Origin: an uncultured delta proteobacterium | Lineage (GTDB): Bacteria > Desulfobacterota > Binatia > UBA9968 | Length of the DNA stretch: 64,000 nucleotides | Direction of reading: 5' to 3' | Assembly (NCBI GenBank): GCA_963737905.1 | Contig: CAVTUQ010000038.1 | Location: forward strand, 77,736 to 141,735 | Shown here: piece by piece, positions 61,850 to 64,000 of the stretch | Position numbering within the stretch: position 1 is the first letter of the stretch | Layout of the letters: the number at the start of each line of letters is the position of its first letter | Notes under the pieces: model-generated | What the model saw: only the letters and a program-made list of their open reading frames with translations | What the model was told of the DNA's origin: nothing | Databases searched by the model: none | Program-made: the position numbers and the translations under genes

Positions 61850-62067
61850 CGCCGCAATGTCGGTTTTTTTTCTTGGACTGCTGTGGTTTCTGCGGGAGAT
61901 CTATACCGAACACCGATTTCCTCGGTACGCAATCCGAGTTCCCGCGCTTGCACGTAACAATCGTGGCAAACGATGATGTCAAGCAGGACCACGCCGGACT
62001 CTTCACTTTTGACCCGATAGGCCGAATCAACGAATGGCGCGCCGCAATGTTGGCAGATCCATCCCAT
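61846..62067 (-). CDS. Small hypothetical protein, possible Zn ribbon
   Basis: CQHC...CHDC (two CxxC motifs). Confidence 0.55.
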   Translation of the reverse strand: MGWICQHCGAPFVDSAYRVKSEESGVVLLDIIVCHDCYVQARELGLRTEEIGVRYRSPAETTAVQEKKPTLRR

Positions 62068-62479
62068 ACAAGAAAATTCAGCAAGGACGATGCCATCGCG
62101 ATTCGCCGAACAGTTCCTTCCGCAAGGGGAAGTATTGGATGTCAGACACGATGGTAAGTAGACTGGCGAATCGTACACCAAAGAAATTCTTTACAGTTGA
62201 AGAAACGTGAAGATCCAGCCACAAAGCGATTTGCTTGCTATTCCGGGTAGGTTGCTACGATCTTGTGCTATTCTGGTAATACCGCCCCCGGAATCGTGTG
62301 CCTCTCCGGCAAAAGGGCGTCGCCGGGTTCATGCTCGGCCCTTTCTTCCGGTAGCTGTCCTAATATTCGTGACATGTTACTTTGTGAATGTAGGGTTTTC
62401 TTAACAGCTGGCCATCGCATGCCGCAAGAAATAATGCGTTTAATAGGCGGCATATTGTTTGCTCTCGGTCTCAGTTCAG

Positions 62480-62857
62480 ATGGCTGCAAACATTCTAGTA
62501 GTTGAAGACGACCTTTTAAACAGAGACTTGATTTGTAAAGTGCTACGCAAAGAGGGTCACCGGGTCGTCGAAGCATGCGATGGAGCCATAGCACTGGAGA
62601 TACTTCAGGTGCTGTCGTTTGATCTTGTGATTACGGATTTTGTGATGCCAAAGCTGAACGGAATTGAGTTCGTCGAGCACCTTCACTCTCTTCGACCACG
62701 AATTCCCATAATCTTTATAACAGGTTTTCTCACCGTTATTTCAGGCAAGACAATATTGGACGACGTGGCAGAAGTTCTTGCGAAGCCTTTTGGGCCTGAT
62801 GTTCTCCGATCAACTGTGCACCGTCTGCTCGATTCAACGCCCTACTCAGCCCCCTAA
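62480..62857 (+). CDS. Single-domain response regulator receiver
   Basis: ILVVEDD, ITDFVMPKLNG, ITG and KPF. Confidence 0.9.
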   Translation: MAANILVVEDDLLNRDLICKVLRKEGHRVVEACDGAIALEILQVLSFDLVITDFVMPKLNGIEFVEHLHSLRPRIPIIFITGFLTVISGKTILDDVAEVLAKPFGPDVLRSTVHRLLDSTPYSAP

Positions 62858-62963
62858 GTATCATCAGTCCCTGCCACCGCCCCTAAGCTCACCGCTCTCC
62901 CCGCAATGGGGCGCGGGGCTTAGGGCTGCCCCTCTCGAAACGTTAAGCGTTGAGTGAAGTTCT

Positions 62964-63275
62964 ATGAAATACGTCCCACGAGTCATTGCGGCAACACTAT
63001 TGGTAATCTTTTCACTCGTACTAGGTTGCCAAACGATTACTGAAATGACGCGCAAGGAGAGTGACAAAGATGCAGCCATTAGCAAAGCGGTAAAAGAAAA
63101 CTTCCTTAAAGATAAGGCTGTAGATTTGACAGATGTAAACGTGAGAACCACTGACGGATCAGTCGATTTGAGTGGTACCGTGGCCTCACTGGAAGCGAGA
63201 GAACACGCTGTCAAACTCGCATGGCGAGTGGCTGGCGTTCAGGCGGTCGTCAATCATCTTGAGGTCAAAAAATAG
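62964..63275 (+). CDS. BON domain lipoprotein (OsmY-like)
   Basis: Lipobox VLGC; DAAIS..VK...V.LSG.V...A..VAGV..VVN.L. Confidence 0.9.
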   Translation: MKYVPRVIAATLLVIFSLVLGCQTITEMTRKESDKDAAISKAVKENFLKDKAVDLTDVNVRTTDGSVDLSGTVASLEAREHAVKLAWRVAGVQAVVNHLEVKK

Positions 63276-63325
63276 TTAGTACTAAAGTATCATATTGCCT
63301 GACCGGAGGGTGATTCTGGCGGGAA

Positions 63326-63425
63326 GTGACGGGTGACACTAGGTGACGGGGTTTTTAGAAAGTCCCCTATGAAGATGATTTATAGAAAGTTACCAAAAAC
63401 AGCGTCACTACCTGTCACCGGTCAC
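63326..63425. repeat. Mirrored GTGAC/GTCAC triplets around an AT-rich core (ori-like dyad)
   Basis: GTGAC at 63326/63333/63343 and GTCAC ending at 63408/63418/63425; GTTTTT/AAAAAC on the same axis. Confidence 0.6.
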
Positions 63426-63586
63426 ACGGGCGGCCGGCGGCCCATAATGAGACTGACGACAAAAAGAACCAGAAAGACAACAAACAGAATCCATGCGATT
63501 TGGGTCGCGGCGCCAGCGATGCCGCTAAGTCCCAGAATCCCGGCAATCAGTCCGATGACAAGAAAAGTAATGCTCCAACTTAGCAT
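63422..63586 (-). CDS. DUF1328 (UPF0391/YtjA-like) small membrane protein
   Basis: Manual translation [54 protein letters not shown]; AGGAG RBS; below the ORF-track size cutoff. Confidence 0.9.
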   Translation of the reverse strand: MLSWSITFLVIGLIAGILGLSGIAGAATQIAWILFVVFLVLFVVSLIMGRRPPV

Positions 63587-63741
63587 ATCCGGTTTCTCCT
63601 TTTTTAAGGGACAGCACGGCCAAATTCAGACTCAAGACCTGTTTGTTTTTCTCAACTGCGACAGCGGACTCCGTCGCGCTGTTGACTCTTCGCGCTTGCA
63701 AGCATTATAGGGACAATTTGATTGGCGTGAATGAGTTACTC

Positions 63742-63900
63742 TTATCTTCCCTCAACCGACAAACTTCGAATGCCCAGGTGACCATCGGGCGTCCATTCGG
63801 TGAACTCGATCTGTGCGACCAACTCGGGTTTTAGCCACGCGGAGTTTTTCATCTCTTCCTTGGTCAAAGTCCACTGGTTCGCTTCTTCTCCGGGAGATTC
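63742..63900 (-). pseudogene. ATP-dependent DNA ligase (LigD/LigC-type) C-terminal OB-fold remnant
   Basis: WLKPELVAQIEFTEWTPDGHL, then HSKFV and LREDK in shifted frames. Confidence 0.75.
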
Positions 63901-64000
63901 GATCATCATGTGGGAGCAGTCTACTAGCACTAGCCGTGCTTTTGCCGGGGCAACTGTCAACTTCCGCCACCGGTTCCACTCTCGCGAAGCTTAGGTTTCC

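Overview
A 64-kb, GC-rich bacterial chromosomal window. Gene content (many orphan SsuA/THI5-like and Bug substrate-binding proteins, VOC/amidohydrolase/ThDP enzymes, tandem DUF507 genes, a TrmD-SPOUT fusion) resembles Candidatus Binatia or a related deltaproteobacteria-like lineage (inference). Left to right: (i) a CymR-like/sulfite-reductase/siroheme operon in which cysH and cysD-cysN survive only as small remnant ORFs; (ii) catabolic and transport genes, a protease-MoxR-DUF58-VWA module, and a metallopeptidase plus ATP-grasp pair; (iii) a tRNA-Gln(UUG) pair; (iv) housekeeping genes (rarA, rplS-trmD-rimM-khpA-rpsP-ffh, groESL), a DnaA-box cluster, peptidoglycan-recycling genes, folK and dapL; (v) from about 59.4 kb, an island bounded by a tRNA-fMet 3' fragment, carrying a heme peroxidase, small stress genes, an ori-like dyad and a ligase remnant. 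The top finding is at the tRNA-Gln pair. It is preceded by a promoter, an apparently leaderless 9-codon peptide MNTSQQQTL (CAG CAA CAA) and mutually exclusive hairpins ending in a terminator. This looks like a ribosome-mediated attenuator controlling tRNA-Gln genes through Gln decoding. The second tRNA-Gln is split at its anticodon loop by a 1.46-kb AT-rich insert with mismatched 7-bp overlap regions. Several single-base frameshifts, including one in essential ffh, suggest residual sequencing indels. All calls come from motif recognition by eye; no database searches were run.
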